DNA from: Nitrosomonas europaea
Lineage (GTDB): Bacteria > Pseudomonadota > Gammaproteobacteria > Burkholderiales > Nitrosomonadaceae
DNA length: 32,000 nt
Reading direction: 5' to 3'
Assembly: GCF_900167395.1 (NCBI RefSeq)
Contig: NZ_FUWK01000003.1
Location: forward strand, 30,001 to 62,000
Both the position numbers and the translations under genes were made by a program. Positions 19,754 through 29,825 of the stretch are shown here, one piece after another (the first letter of the stretch is position 1; every line of letters starts with the position of its first letter). The notes under the pieces were generated by a model. That model had not been told where the DNA came from, ran no database searches, and was given only the letters and a program-made list of their open reading frames with translations.

Positions 19754-22492
19754 ATGAAAACACTTCTGCTAGTCGACGGTTCTTCCTACCTGTATCGTGC
19801 TTTTCATGCCCTGCCCGATTTGCGTAACCGCCTTAATGAACCTACTGGTGCAATCTATGGCGTGCTGAATATGCTGCGTCGCCTGCATAAGGAATACCGG
19901 CCAGATTATAGCGCGTGTGTGTTTGACGCAAAAGGTAAAACATTCCGGGACGATATTTACCCGCAATATAAAGCACACCGCCCGCCGATGCCGGAAGATC
20001 TGGTCTGCCAGATCGGTCCCTTGTATGCCTGTATCCGGGCGATGGGCTGGCCGCTGCTGATAGAGGAGGGTGTTGAGGCCGATGATGTTATCGGAACGCT
20101 GGTGGAACGTGCAATCGCCAGGCAGGCGCAATGTGTGATCGCAACGGGCGATAAGGATATTGCACAACTGGTCAGGCCAGGCATCTGGCTGGTGAACACC
20201 ATGAATAACGAATCACTGGATGAATCAGGTATTCTGCAAAAATTTGGTGTGACACCTGCACAGATCATCGACTTTCTGGCGCTGGTGGGGGATAGCGTGG
20301 ACAATATTCCCGGGGTGGAGAAAGTAGGCCCTAAAACTGCGGTGAAGTGGCTCGATCAATATGGCACGCTGGATGATCTGATTGCGCACGCGGATGAGAT
20401 AAAGGGTGTGGTGGGTGAAAATCTGCGCAAGGCGCTGGATTGGCTGAAGGTTTCAAGAAAACTGCTGACGATCAAATGTGATGTCCCCCTTGCAATGGAC
20501 TGGCAGGATCTGGTTGCCGTTCCGCCCGATACAGCCAGGCTGACAGAACTCTACGAGCATCTCGAATTCCGGAGCTGGTTGCGCGAACTCAAACAGCCTG
20601 GTCCGGAGAAAAATGAGAAAGCCGAGTCAAGTGTTATGGCTGCGATAGTGGATGATCCATCGGTACCAGAGGGAGAAAATGATGATGGGCGTGACTATCA
20701 GATTATTCTGACTGATGCGCAACTGGGTGACTGGCTGGCGCAATGTGAATCTGCCGAGCTGGTTTCGATCGATACCGAAACGACCAGTCTGAATCCGATG
20801 GAAGCAAAGCTGGTAGGGCTCTCGTTTTGTATGGAGCTGGGGCAAGCAGCTTATATACCGCTTGCCCATCATTACCCGGGTGTACCTTCGCAACTGAATC
20901 GTGAACAGGTGTTGCAACGGCTGAAGCCCTGGCTGGAGAGTGACGAGAAACTCAAGATCGGACAAAATCTGAAATACGACAGGCATGTGTTTGCCAATCA
21001 TGGAGTAATGCTGAACGGGATCGTACACGATACCCTGCTGCAATCGTATGTACTGGAATCCCATTTGTCGCATGATCTGGACAGTCTGGCCAGCCGGCAT
21101 CTAGGCATACAAACCATCAGCTATGATGAAGTAACCGGTAAGGGAGCGAAACGTATCGGGTTCGAGCAGGTGGAAATTCATCGGGCGGGGATCTATGCAG
21201 CTGAAGATGCGGATATCCCTTTGCGCCTGCATCGGGTTTTATACCCGGTAATCAGTCAGGATGCCCATCTTGAGTATATTTATCAGCAGATCGAAATACC
21301 GTTACTGGAAGTCCTGTTCCGGATCGAACGTAATGGCGTACTGCTTGATACCGATTTACTACGGGTGCAGAGTGGTGAGCTGACGCAGCAGTTGGTTGCG
21401 CTTGAACAGCAGGCGCATTCCCTCGCTGGTCATGCTTTCAATCTGAATTCAACTAAGCAGATACAAGAAATATTGTTCGGTCAGCACAAATTGCCGGTCA
21501 TCAAGAAAACACCCAAAGGGGTGCCATCCACTGATGAAGAAGTGCTGCAAAGGTTGGCGTCGGATTACCCGCTGCCTAAGGTTTTGCTGGATTATCGGGG
21601 CCTTGCCAAGCTCAAATCGACTTATATCGATAAATTGCCGCAGATGGTGAACAAGCAAACCGGCCGTGTACATACCCATTATGCGCAGGCGGTTGCCGTT
21701 ACCGGCCGTCTGGCAAGTAACGATCCGAATTTGCAGAATATTCCGGTGCGTACACCGGAAGGTAGGCGTATCCGTGAGGCATTCATCGCGCCGGATGGCT
21801 GGCTTATTATGTCAGCAGATTATTCGCAGATCGAGCTGCGCATCATGGCGCATATTTCCGGGGATGCAGGGCTGATACACGCTTTTTCTGAAGGACAGGA
21901 TATCCATCGTGCCACGGCTGCCGAGGTGTTTGGTGTTCCTGTTGAGCAGGTAAATCCAGAGCAGCGCCGTTACGCCAAAGTTATCAACTTTGGTCTGATT
22001 TATGGCATGTCTGAATTCGGGCTTGCCACTCAACTGGGTATAGAGCGTACGGCTGCCCGTACTTTTATCGACCGCTATTTTGCGCGTTACCCGGGTGTGG
22101 CGGATTATATGCAGCGTACGAGAGAACTTGCAAAGCAGCACGGGTATGTCGAAACCGTCCTGGGGAGAAGATTGCAATTATCCGATATCCGCAGTAATCA
22201 GCGTAATCGCCAGATGGGAGCTGAACGGGCGGCAATCAATGCGCCGATGCAGGGGACTGCCGCAGATATCATCAAACTGGCCATGATCTCCGTACATCGA
22301 TGGCTGGCCGAAGCACAACTCCAGAGTAAACTGATCATGCAGGTTCATGACGAGCTGGTGTTGGAGGTGCTTGTGGATGAATTACCAGTAATCAAGGAAA
22401 ATCTGCCTCGACTGATGGAAAATGTTCTCAAACTGGATGTGCCGCTGAAAGTTCAGACAGGTATCGGAAAAAACTGGGATCAGGCGCATTGA
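19754..22492 (+). CDS. polA: DNA polymerase I
   Basis: 5'-nuclease N-terminus MKTLLLVDGSSYLYRAFHA, 3'-5' exonuclease VSIDTETTSL, polymerase motifs A (DYSQIELR), B (AKVINFGLIYG) and C (QVHDEL). I prefer the ATG at 19754 over the TTG at 19727. Confidence 0.96.
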   Translation: MKTLLLVDGSSYLYRAFHALPDLRNRLNEPTGAIYGVLNMLRRLHKEYRPDYSACVFDAKGKTFRDDIYPQYKAHRPPMPEDLVCQIGPLYACIRAMGWPLLIEEGVEADDVIGTLVERAIARQAQCVIATGDKDIAQLVRPGIWLVNTMNNESLDESGILQKFGVTPAQIIDFLALVGDSVDNIPGVEKVGPKTAVKWLDQYGTLDDLIAHADEIKGVVGENLRKALDWLKVSRKLLTIKCDVPLAMDWQDLVAVPPDTARLTELYEHLEFRSWLRELKQPGPEKNEKAESSVMAAIVDDPSVPEGENDDGRDYQIILTDAQLGDWLAQCESAELVSIDTETTSLNPMEAKLVGLSFCMELGQAAYIPLAHHYPGVPSQLNREQVLQRLKPWLESDEKLKIGQNLKYDRHVFANHGVMLNGIVHDTLLQSYVLESHLSHDLDSLASRHLGIQTISYDEVTGKGAKRIGFEQVEIHRAGIYAAEDADIPLRLHRVLYPVISQDAHLEYIYQQIEIPLLEVLFRIERNGVLLDTDLLRVQSGELTQQLVALEQQAHSLAGHAFNLNSTKQIQEILFGQHKLPVIKKTPKGVPSTDEEVLQRLASDYPLPKVLLDYRGLAKLKSTYIDKLPQMVNKQTGRVHTHYAQAVAVTGRLASNDPNLQNIPVRTPEGRRIREAFIAPDGWLIMSADYSQIELRIMAHISGDAGLIHAFSEGQDIHRATAAEVFGVPVEQVNPEQRRYAKVINFGLIYGMSEFGLATQLGIERTAARTFIDRYFARYPGVADYMQRTRELAKQHGYVETVLGRRLQLSDIRSNQRNRQMGAERAAINAPMQGTAADIIKLAMISVHRWLAEAQLQSKLIMQVHDELVLEVLVDELPVIKENLPRLMENVLKLDVPLKVQTGIGKNWDQAH

Positions 22493-22562
22493 TTGTGTTT
22501 CTGATCCGTATTGGGAAATACAAATTTTTATCCGGTTATACTTGAAAATATTGTTAATTTTC

Positions 22563-22591
22563 TTGACTTATGAGAGACATCTCTTTAGATT
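22563..22591 (+). promoter_or_regulatory. Putative sigma70 promoter of the desaturase gene
   Basis: TTGACT (22563-22568), a 17-nt spacer, then TAGATT (22586-22591) in an AT-rich spacer. A second extended -10-like TGgTATAAA lies at 22596-22604. GAGGAGGA RBS at 22617-22624. Confidence 0.5.
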
Positions 22592-22635
22592 GAAGTGGTA
22601 TAAAATTGTAAATAGCGAGGAGGATAGTTACAAAT

Positions 22636-23832
22636 ATGGACGACATCGCATCAATATTGATGAATGGACTCATTGATCTGCCCTGGTGGGGCTATATTGT
22701 TGTGGCGCTGGTATTTACCCACATAACGATTGCCAGTATCACCATTTTTCTGCATCGTTATCAGGCACATCGGTCACTTGAGTTACACCCTATACCCAGT
22801 CATTTCTTTCGTTTCTGGCTGTGGCTGACAACCGGCATGGTAACCAAGGAATGGGCAGCAGTTCACCGGAAACATCATGCAAAATGTGAAACCGTGGATG
22901 ATCCTCACAGCCCACAGGTCTTTGGTATAAAAAAGGTATTGGGTGAGGGTGCAGAGCTGTACAAAGTTGAGACCAAGAATCAGGAGACACTCGACCGTTA
23001 TGGACATGGTACTCCTGATGACTGGATAGAGCGCAATGTATATACCAAACATAGTGTGGCTGGTATTGCGTCTATGCTGATTATCAATGTGATTTTATTT
23101 GGCCCGCTTGGGTTGACGATCTGGGCTGTGCAAATGATGTGGACGCCAGTGATGGCTGCGGGTGTCATAAATGGTATCGGACACTACTGGGGCTATCGCA
23201 ATTTCCGCTCGGAGGATGCCAGTCGTAATATCGTTCCGTGGGGAATCCTGATCGGTGGGGAAGAGTTGCATAACAACCATCATGCCTATCCGACTTCTGC
23301 CAGATTATCCAACAAGTGGTATGAATTCGATATTGGCTGGATGTATATCCGGATACTGGAAATGATGGGACTGGCACGAGTGAAGAAAATAGCTCCCAAG
23401 TTGCAGTTGAATAAAGCCAAAACCGAATGTGATCTGGAAACATTACAGGCGGTTATTTCCCACCGGTATGAGATTCTGGCGAAATACACCAAATCATTGA
23501 AGATCGCACTTAAGAATGAGCTGGTGCATTTGCAGCAGGCTGCAATTGAAAATGGTGTGGATGGTTTGACTTTGAGAAACTGGGTGCTGGCTGACGCCAA
23601 GACCTTGAAAGAGGAGGAACGTACTAAGCTGGAGACGGTATTAAGCCATGCTCAGAAGCTGGATAAGCTTTATCGCATGAGAGAAGAACTGTCTTTGATA
23701 TGGGAACGTTCTGCAGCAACCAAGGATGAGTTGCTTAAGCAACTGGAGGATTGGTGTCGTCGTGCGGAAGAAAGTGGTATTGAATTACTGGAGAAATTCT
23801 CCCGCAGATTACGATGCTATGCCATGGCCTAG
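22636..23832 (+). CDS. desA: Membrane acyl-lipid/acyl-CoA desaturase, Pseudomonas DesA-like (~395-aa class)
   Basis: Three histidine boxes (HRYQAH, HRKHH, HNNHH) and N-terminal TM helices. The ~150-aa helical C-terminal extension ends ...LEDWCRRAEESGIELLEKFSRRL, as I recall for the DesA class. Confidence 0.85.
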   Translation: MDDIASILMNGLIDLPWWGYIVVALVFTHITIASITIFLHRYQAHRSLELHPIPSHFFRFWLWLTTGMVTKEWAAVHRKHHAKCETVDDPHSPQVFGIKKVLGEGAELYKVETKNQETLDRYGHGTPDDWIERNVYTKHSVAGIASMLIINVILFGPLGLTIWAVQMMWTPVMAAGVINGIGHYWGYRNFRSEDASRNIVPWGILIGGEELHNNHHAYPTSARLSNKWYEFDIGWMYIRILEMMGLARVKKIAPKLQLNKAKTECDLETLQAVISHRYEILAKYTKSLKIALKNELVHLQQAAIENGVDGLTLRNWVLADAKTLKEEERTKLETVLSHAQKLDKLYRMREELSLIWERSAATKDELLKQLEDWCRRAEESGIELLEKFSRRLRCYAMA

Positions 23833-23851
23833 ACTAGAGTCAGGTCACAAC

Positions 23852-23878
23852 AAAAAAACCCGCGTCCGCGGGTTTTTT
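23852..23878. terminator. Bidirectional rho-independent terminator (desaturase on +, rpmG on -)
   Basis: aaaaaaacccgcg-tc-cgcgggtttttt. A perfect GC stem flanked by an A7 run and a T6 run, between convergent genes. Confidence 0.8.
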
Positions 23879-23906
23879 GTTTATTAGGACTAACTTACGA
23901 AATACT

Positions 23907-24062
23907 TTATTTAAGTTTTGTCTCTTTGTAGGTTACATGCTTCCTAGCTACCGGATCAAATTTTTTGATTTCCAGTTTCTCCGGGTTGGCACGTTTGTTT
24001 TTGGTCGTAGTATAAAAATGACCTGTTCCTGCTGAGGATTCCAATTTTATTTTCTCGCGCAT
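23907..24062 (-). CDS. rpmG: 50S ribosomal protein L33
   Basis: Below the 60-aa cut-off of the ORF track. My translation is [51 protein letters not shown] (51 aa), a close match to E. coli L33. Confidence 0.93.
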
Positions 24063-24099
24063 AGATATACCTTTCTCTGTTTGTTTTGCAGAGCGCTAA

Positions 24100-24336
24100 T
24101 CAGACACGCTCTCCGCGTGCGCGCATGTCGGCAACTACTGAATCAATACCGTTTTTATCAACGGTACGTAACGCAGCGTTGGTAAGGCGCAAACGTATCC
24201 AGCGATTTTCGCTTTCCAGCCAGAAGCGGCGTGATTGAAGGTTTGGCAGAAAGCGGCGTTTGGTTTTATTGTTGGCATGAGAGACATTATGACCACTCAT
24301 GGGGCGCTTCCCCGTGACTTGACATACACGCGCCAT
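24100..24336 (-). CDS. rpmB: 50S ribosomal protein L28
   Basis: 78 aa. [34 protein letters not shown] is the canonical L28 N-terminus. Confidence 0.96.
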   Translation of the reverse strand: MARVCQVTGKRPMSGHNVSHANNKTKRRFLPNLQSRRFWLESENRWIRLRLTNAALRTVDKNGIDSVVADMRARGERV

Positions 24337-24374
24337 GTTACATAACTCCTGTGATTAAAATACCGAAGCCCAAC

Positions 24375-24403
24375 ATGATAGCTTGTATGGATATGTTTTT
24401 CAA
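24375..24403 (-). promoter_or_regulatory. Putative sigma70 promoter of rpmB-rpmG
   Basis: Minus strand: TTGAAA (24403-24398), a 17-nt spacer, then TATCAT (24380-24375). The -35 abuts the radC stop codon. Confidence 0.5.
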
Positions 24404-24404
24404 T

Positions 24405-25079
24405 TTAAATTAGGCCACGTTCCGCAAATGACACGACTTCACTGCTGCCGATGACAAAATGATCGAGTACCTTCACATCCACCAGTGCCAGTGCCTGTTT
24501 GAGGGATTGGGTCAATATCTCATCTGCTGTACTGGGTTCAGCGATTCCAGAAGGATGATTGTGTGCAAAAATCATAGCTGCTGCGTTGTGATAGAGGGCA
24601 CGTTTGACAACTTCACGCGGATAAACACTGGCTTGTGTCAATGTACCGTTGAATAATTCTTCGGTAACGATCGTTCGATGTCTGGCATCCAGAAAAATAC
24701 CGACAAAAACTTCGTATGGTTTTCCTTTCAGGCTCAGACAAAGATAGTTGCGTACGGATTGCGGAGAATCCATGATGTCACCATTCTTGAGCTCTTCCGC
24801 TAATGCGCGTTTTGCCATTTCCATGACTGCTTGCAGTTGTGCAAATTTTGCCGGTCCCATTCCAGGCAGCTCGCTGAATTCGTGCAGGCTTGCAGCACAT
24901 AATTTTGTCAGACTGCCGAAATGAGTCAGCAGCTTGCGAGCCAGCTCGACAGCGCTGACCCCGGTAATGCCAGTACGCAGAAAAATAGCCAGTAATTCCG
25001 CATCTGAAAGGGCGGCGGCACCTTTCTCGATCAGTTTCTCCCGCGGGCGCTCAGCCTCCGGCCAGTCAGAAATTGCCAT
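24405..25079 (-). CDS. radC: RadC/YicR-family JAMM-motif protein
   Basis: 224 aa. N-terminal HhH region ([10 protein letters not shown]) and JAMM-like HNHPSG...PS..D. Confidence 0.92.
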   Translation of the reverse strand: MAISDWPEAERPREKLIEKGAAALSDAELLAIFLRTGITGVSAVELARKLLTHFGSLTKLCAASLHEFSELPGMGPAKFAQLQAVMEMAKRALAEELKNGDIMDSPQSVRNYLCLSLKGKPYEVFVGIFLDARHRTIVTEELFNGTLTQASVYPREVVKRALYHNAAAMIFAHNHPSGIAEPSTADEILTQSLKQALALVDVKVLDHFVIGSSEVVSFAERGLI

Positions 25080-25225
25080 GTTTGAATGAATCCTGTAAAA
25101 GTGAATACGCTTGACCCCAGTGATGTGAGTGGAACGGTCATTCCAGCCAAAAATGAATGGCTGTTTTATTCTTTTACTGAAAAAATAATGTAACTATCTG
25201 AATATAAATATATCTATTGCTTAAT

Positions 25226-26455
25226 ATGATTCTGGTTGATGCGCTTGCAGGAAAACGTCTGTTGCTGGGTATAACGGGCGGTATTGCTGCCTACAAAGCA
25301 GCGGAGCTGGTCCGGCTCCTGATGCAGGAAGGGGTTGAAGTACAGGTTGTGATGACTGAATCTGCCTGCCGGTTCGTCGGTACGGCTACGTTGCAGGGGC
25401 TTACGGGCAGACAGGTATTTACTGAACTTTGGGATACCGGTATGTTGAACGGCATGGCGCATATCAATCTTTCCCGGGAGGTGGATGCGCTTCTGATTGC
25501 ACCGGCAAGTGCCGACTTTATTGCCAAGATCGCGCATGGTCTGGCAGATGACTTGCTGTCTGCGCTTTGTCTGGCACGAGATTGTCCATTGCTGATAGCA
25601 CCTGCCATGAATGTACAGATGTGGGAAAATGCTGCCACCCGGCGCAATCTCGCTACTTTACGGCAGGATGGCGTTACGGTGCTCGGACCTGGCAGTGGCT
25701 ACCAGGCCTGTGGAGAAATCGGAGAGGGGCGCATGCTCGAACCGGAAGATTTACTGGATAAGGTTCGCTGCTTTTTTCAGCCTAAATATCTTTCAGGTAA
25801 GCGGGTACTGGTTACAGCGGGCCCGACTTTCGAAGCATTGGATGCAGTCAGGGGGCTTACCAACCTGAGTTCCGGGAAAACCGGTATAGCAATTGCACAG
25901 GCAGCACTTGAGGCCGGTGCACAGGTGACCCTGGTATGCGGTCCGGTTTGTCCTCCCTTTCCGGCAGTCGATAAGCTGACCCACATTGTCAGTGCCAGTG
26001 AAATGTTCTCTGCCGTAAAAGCAGAAGTGGAGGGTCATGATATTTTTATCAGCGTTGCAGCTGTTGCCGATTATCGTCCGGCTGAATGCCACCCTTCCAA
26101 ACTCAAAAAAACGGTAGCAGATATTACGCTGACTTTGGTACCCAACCCGGACATTCTGCAGTATGTCGCCAATCTGCCTAACCCTCCGTTTTGTGTGGGG
26201 TTTGCGGCGGAAACGGAGGCGATCGAACAATATGCAGCAGAAAAAAGGAAAAGGAAGAAATTGCCGCTGATCGTTGCCAATAATGCTGTTGAAACTATTG
26301 GTTCAAACGAAAGCTCCCTGATTCTGCTGGATGACGAAGGGACGCACTATCTGCCAAAGGCCAACAAAAATATACAAGCCCGGTTGGTCATGGCGCATAT
26401 CGCCCATCTCTATGATAAACGTAAGGGATATACCCATCATAATGAAACAAGTTGA
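25226..26455 (+). CDS. coaBC: Bifunctional phosphopantothenoylcysteine decarboxylase / phosphopantothenate-cysteine ligase
   Basis: Flavoprotein N-terminus [22 protein letters not shown] and PAMN, then CoaB half ITNxSSGK-like [10 protein letters not shown] and AAVADY. I prefer the ATG at 25226 over the TTG at 25217. Confidence 0.93.
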
Positions 26456-26891
26456 TATCAAGCTGCTTGATCCGCGTCTGCAAGATGTTTTTCCCGGCTA
26501 TGCCACACCGGGCTCGGCCGGCCTCGATTTGCGTGCCTGCATCGATGAAAGAATGGAAATCCATCCGGGGGAAACACTGTTGATCCCGTCCGGTATTGCC
26601 ATTCATCTGGCTGATCCCGGTTTTGCCGCAATGGTTCTGCCTCGTTCCGGCCTGGGACATAAGCATGGAATCGTGCTGGGCAATCTCGTGGGGCTGATCG
26701 ATTCAGATTATCAGGGGCAAATCCTGGTTTCCTGCTGGAATCGAGGTCAGGCAGGATTCACGCTCGATCCGATGGAGCGGATCGCACAACTGGTTATCGT
26801 ACCCGTGGTACAGGCCGGTTTTAATGTCGTGGAAAATTTTCAGCCAAGTCAGCGCGGAGAACAGGGGTTTGGAAGTACCGGTAAATGTTGA
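26442..26891 (+). CDS. dut: dUTP diphosphatase
   Basis: [12 protein letters not shown]...GSAGLDLRA...PRSGLG...GLIDSDYQG...[10 protein letters not shown], all five dUTPase motifs. The track ORF start (26331) is an artefactual upstream extension. The true ATG at 26442 overlaps the coaBC 3' end by 14 nt. Confidence 0.95.
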
Positions 26892-27328
26892 GATCTTGCC
26901 TTGCTGTATTGCTGATGGTCAGCAGTTTGTCGAATACGGCTGAAGCTGAGGATCAATCGCTGCCAGTCGTGAAACTCAGTATTCTGGATCATGTGATCAC
27001 CGTCGAGTTGGCGGATACGACTGCTGCTCGTACGACAGGGCTCATGTATCGTACGTATCTTCCTGAAGACAGCGGTATGCTCTTTGTTTTTCCGGTTGCC
27101 GGCATTCACTGCATGTGGATGAAGGACACCGTTATCCCTTTGAGCGTCGCTTTTCTGGATGAAACGGGAAAAATCCTCAATCTGGCCGGGATGATACCTG
27201 AAACGCTTACACCACACTGTTCTGCCAGTGCAGCACGGTATGCGCTCGAGATGGATGCCGCCTGGTTTGAAGCGCGCAAGATCAAAGCAGGTGACCGGGT
27301 TATGCAACTCCCGGATACCGGGAGGTAG
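26885..27328 (+). CDS. DUF192-domain secreted protein
   Basis: 147 aa. Signal peptide [22 protein letters not shown], then TTGLMYR...GMLFVF...[16 protein letters not shown], typical of DUF192. The ATG overlaps the dut stop by 7 nt. Confidence 0.8.
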
Positions 27329-27366
27329 CATATCAATGTCCGTCGGACTGTTACACCGGCGTTTAT

Positions 27367-28713
27367 CTACCGCATGTGTGGGAGCATTCCCTTGACTGCT
27401 CTCATCATTTTTGCCATACCACCTTTATTCATCATTTTCATCATCTTGCGTGCTTGCTCGAATTGTGAGAGTAGGCGATTGACTTCCTGTACGGAAACAC
27501 CGGAGCCTGCAGCAATTCGACGTTTGCGGGAAGCTTTGATAATCTCCGGCTTGATCCGTTCCTGAGGTGTCATGGAGTTGATGATGCCTTCGGTACGGTT
27601 GATGATTTTTTCATCGACATTCATGTTTTGTGCGGCCTGACTCAACTGGTGAGGCAGTTTTTCCAGCATGGCGCTCATGCCGCCCATTTTTTTCATCTGC
27701 TGAAACTGTTGCTGGAAATCGTTGAGATCGAAACTCTTGCCTGATTTCATTTTCTTCATCAGGCGTTCTGCTTCTTTCTGATCTGATGTTCGCTGTGCTT
27801 CCTCGATCAGTCCGAGCACGTCCCCCATACCCAGGATGCGCGAAGCCATGCGGTCGGGATAAAACGGTTCCAGCCCGTTCAGCTTTTCAGCGACACCGGC
27901 AAATTTGATCGGTTTGCCGGTAATGTGCCGGACAGAAAGTGCCGCTCCTCCACGTGCATCACCATCGAGCTTGGTGAGAATTACACCAGTCAGTGGCAGT
28001 ACTTCTGCAAAGGCTTTGGCGGTATTGACCGCATCCTGTCCCTGCATGGCATCGACGACAAACAATGTTTCAGCCGGCTTCAGCAATTGTTCCAGCTGAC
28101 TGATTTCCCGCATCATGGCTTCGTCGATACCCAGTCGTCCGGCAGTATCGACGATTACCACGTCATGATGATGCTTACGTGCGAAATCCAGGGCTGCAGT
28201 ACAGATTTCAGCAGGTTGCCGGCCGGTTTGTACCGGGAAGAAATCGGCTCCGGTTTGTTCAGCCAGCAGCGCCAGTTGATCGATTGCCGCGGGGCGATAA
28301 ACGTCGCAGGACACCAGCAGGACCTTTTTCTTCTGATCCATCAACCATTTCGCCAGTTTGCCGCTGCTGGTGGTTTTACCGGCACCTTGCAACCCTGCCA
28401 TGAGAATGACAGCAGGCGGAGCAACATTCAGATTGAGTTCCGCCTTGTCGCCGCCCATGATGGCGACCAGCTCCTCATGAACAACACCGATGAGTGCCTG
28501 GCCAGGAGAGAGTTTGTCCAGTACTTCGTGACCGATTGCACGTTGCTTGACTTGCTCGATGAATATTTTGATGACCGGCAAGGCTACATCTGCCTCGATC
28601 AGGGCCATGCGTACCTCGCGCAGCGCATCCTGAATATTGCTTTCAGTCAGGCGTGCCTCACCACGCAACGTTTTGATGACATCGGAAAGTCGTTCGGTTA
28701 AATTGTCAAACAT
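27367..28713 (-). CDS. ffh: Signal recognition particle protein Ffh
   Basis: 448 aa. GLQGAGKTT, DTAGR, TKLDGDARGG and a Met-rich M domain (MKKMGGMSAML...MMKMMNKGGMAKMM). Confidence 0.97.
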   Translation of the reverse strand: MFDNLTERLSDVIKTLRGEARLTESNIQDALREVRMALIEADVALPVIKIFIEQVKQRAIGHEVLDKLSPGQALIGVVHEELVAIMGGDKAELNLNVAPPAVILMAGLQGAGKTTSSGKLAKWLMDQKKKVLLVSCDVYRPAAIDQLALLAEQTGADFFPVQTGRQPAEICTAALDFARKHHHDVVIVDTAGRLGIDEAMMREISQLEQLLKPAETLFVVDAMQGQDAVNTAKAFAEVLPLTGVILTKLDGDARGGAALSVRHITGKPIKFAGVAEKLNGLEPFYPDRMASRILGMGDVLGLIEEAQRTSDQKEAERLMKKMKSGKSFDLNDFQQQFQQMKKMGGMSAMLEKLPHQLSQAAQNMNVDEKIINRTEGIINSMTPQERIKPEIIKASRKRRIAAGSGVSVQEVNRLLSQFEQARKMMKMMNKGGMAKMMRAVKGMLPHMR

Positions 28714-28850
28714 GTAAGCTCCTGTAGAAACGGTATTCGCTGGCGAGAGTGACGCCCTGTGTTAAACTTTGCTGCCAGACAGTACTTCTGCTTTATTCAG
28801 ACGAAGAGTAGACTGGCTGCTTCTTCGCCAATTGTTCAGACCGATTGCCA

Positions 28851-29681
28851 ATGCCCAGCATTCTAACTTATCTCAGTGCTTCATTGCTTTACGGGATTGC
28901 CGGATGGTATTTCTGGCGAGCCATGCGTACCGACACATCTGCTGCAGGAGCAGTGCCGAATGTGAGGCTGCAGCAGTATGTAATGCTGCTTCCACTGCTA
29001 GTACACGGTCTGGTGCTTTATCACGCCGTGTTTATGGATAATGTGCTGAGCTTCGGTGTCGGGAATGCCATTTCGGCCATTGTTTGGCTGACTGCGGTGA
29101 TTTACTGGGTATCTGGATTCTTTTCATCATTGCGGGGATTACAGAATCTCATCGCTCCACTTTCAGCCATAGCGGCGGTCGCCGTTCTGATACCATTACT
29201 GCTGCCTTCCATCCATCCGCTTGCTCATGCCGGGATGACAGCCTTCAAGGCCCATTTGCTGGCAGCCATGCTCGCTTACAGTCTTTTCACGATTGCGGCC
29301 TTGCACGCAGTGTTGATGACGCTGCTCGAACGTCGCTTGCATCATTCAGAGGTCTCCCCGATATTCTCACAACTGCCACCGCTCCTGGTGATGGAAAAAA
29401 TGCTATTCCGTCTTGTATGGGTTGGATTTATCCTGCTCAGCCTCACTCTGCTCAGTGGCATTGTTTTCTCGGAGGAATTATTCGGCCAGTCTGTCCCATT
29501 CACACATAAATCATTATTCGGTTTCATTTCCTGGGGAATATTTGCCGCTTTACTGGCAGGAAGGCATCTGTACGGGTGGCGCGGCCGCACTGCCATTCGC
29601 TGGATGCTGGCTGGATTTGTTGCACTTGTTCTGTCCTACATCGGCAGCAAATTCGTGCTGGAAATCATTCTCAACCGGTAA
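28851..29681 (+). CDS. ypjD: Cytochrome c assembly-family (CcsA/YpjD-like) inner-membrane protein
   Basis: Polytopic membrane protein divergent from ffh, as ypjD is in E. coli. I prefer the ATG at 28851 (MPSILTYL...) over the TTG at 28845. Confidence 0.8.
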   Translation: MPSILTYLSASLLYGIAGWYFWRAMRTDTSAAGAVPNVRLQQYVMLLPLLVHGLVLYHAVFMDNVLSFGVGNAISAIVWLTAVIYWVSGFFSSLRGLQNLIAPLSAIAAVAVLIPLLLPSIHPLAHAGMTAFKAHLLAAMLAYSLFTIAALHAVLMTLLERRLHHSEVSPIFSQLPPLLVMEKMLFRLVWVGFILLSLTLLSGIVFSEELFGQSVPFTHKSLFGFISWGIFAALLAGRHLYGWRGRTAIRWMLAGFVALVLSYIGSKFVLEIILNR

Positions 29682-29825
29682 TCAGGATTCCGGAAGTCAT
29701 TGTGCTGATCAGCAGCAGTTCTTCTTGAGAATAGCTGAAAGTTTCTTTTGCCACTATTGACCGGAATCACAGATTGACAGGGTGATGTGCGCCAGAGCCC
29801 TGATTTTTTCAGAGATATGCTCCGC

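Noticed and set aside
22636-23832. Apparent low GC in the desaturase gene, as a possible sign of horizontal acquisition
   Set aside because: My hand counts of ~120-nt samples gave 41-45% in the desaturase against 57% in polA. Samples from radC and the 16629-17420 membrane gene also gave about 43%. The dip falls within the window's normal gene-to-gene variation, and there are no flanking repeats, tRNA or integrase.
27925-28701. 258-aa ORF on the + strand, the largest unassigned ORF in the track
   Set aside because: It lies entirely antisense to ffh, whose identity is unambiguous. The translation is Cys/Arg/His/Gln-rich with no motif, no RBS and no signal of its own. This is a typical shadow ORF of a gene with biased codon usage.
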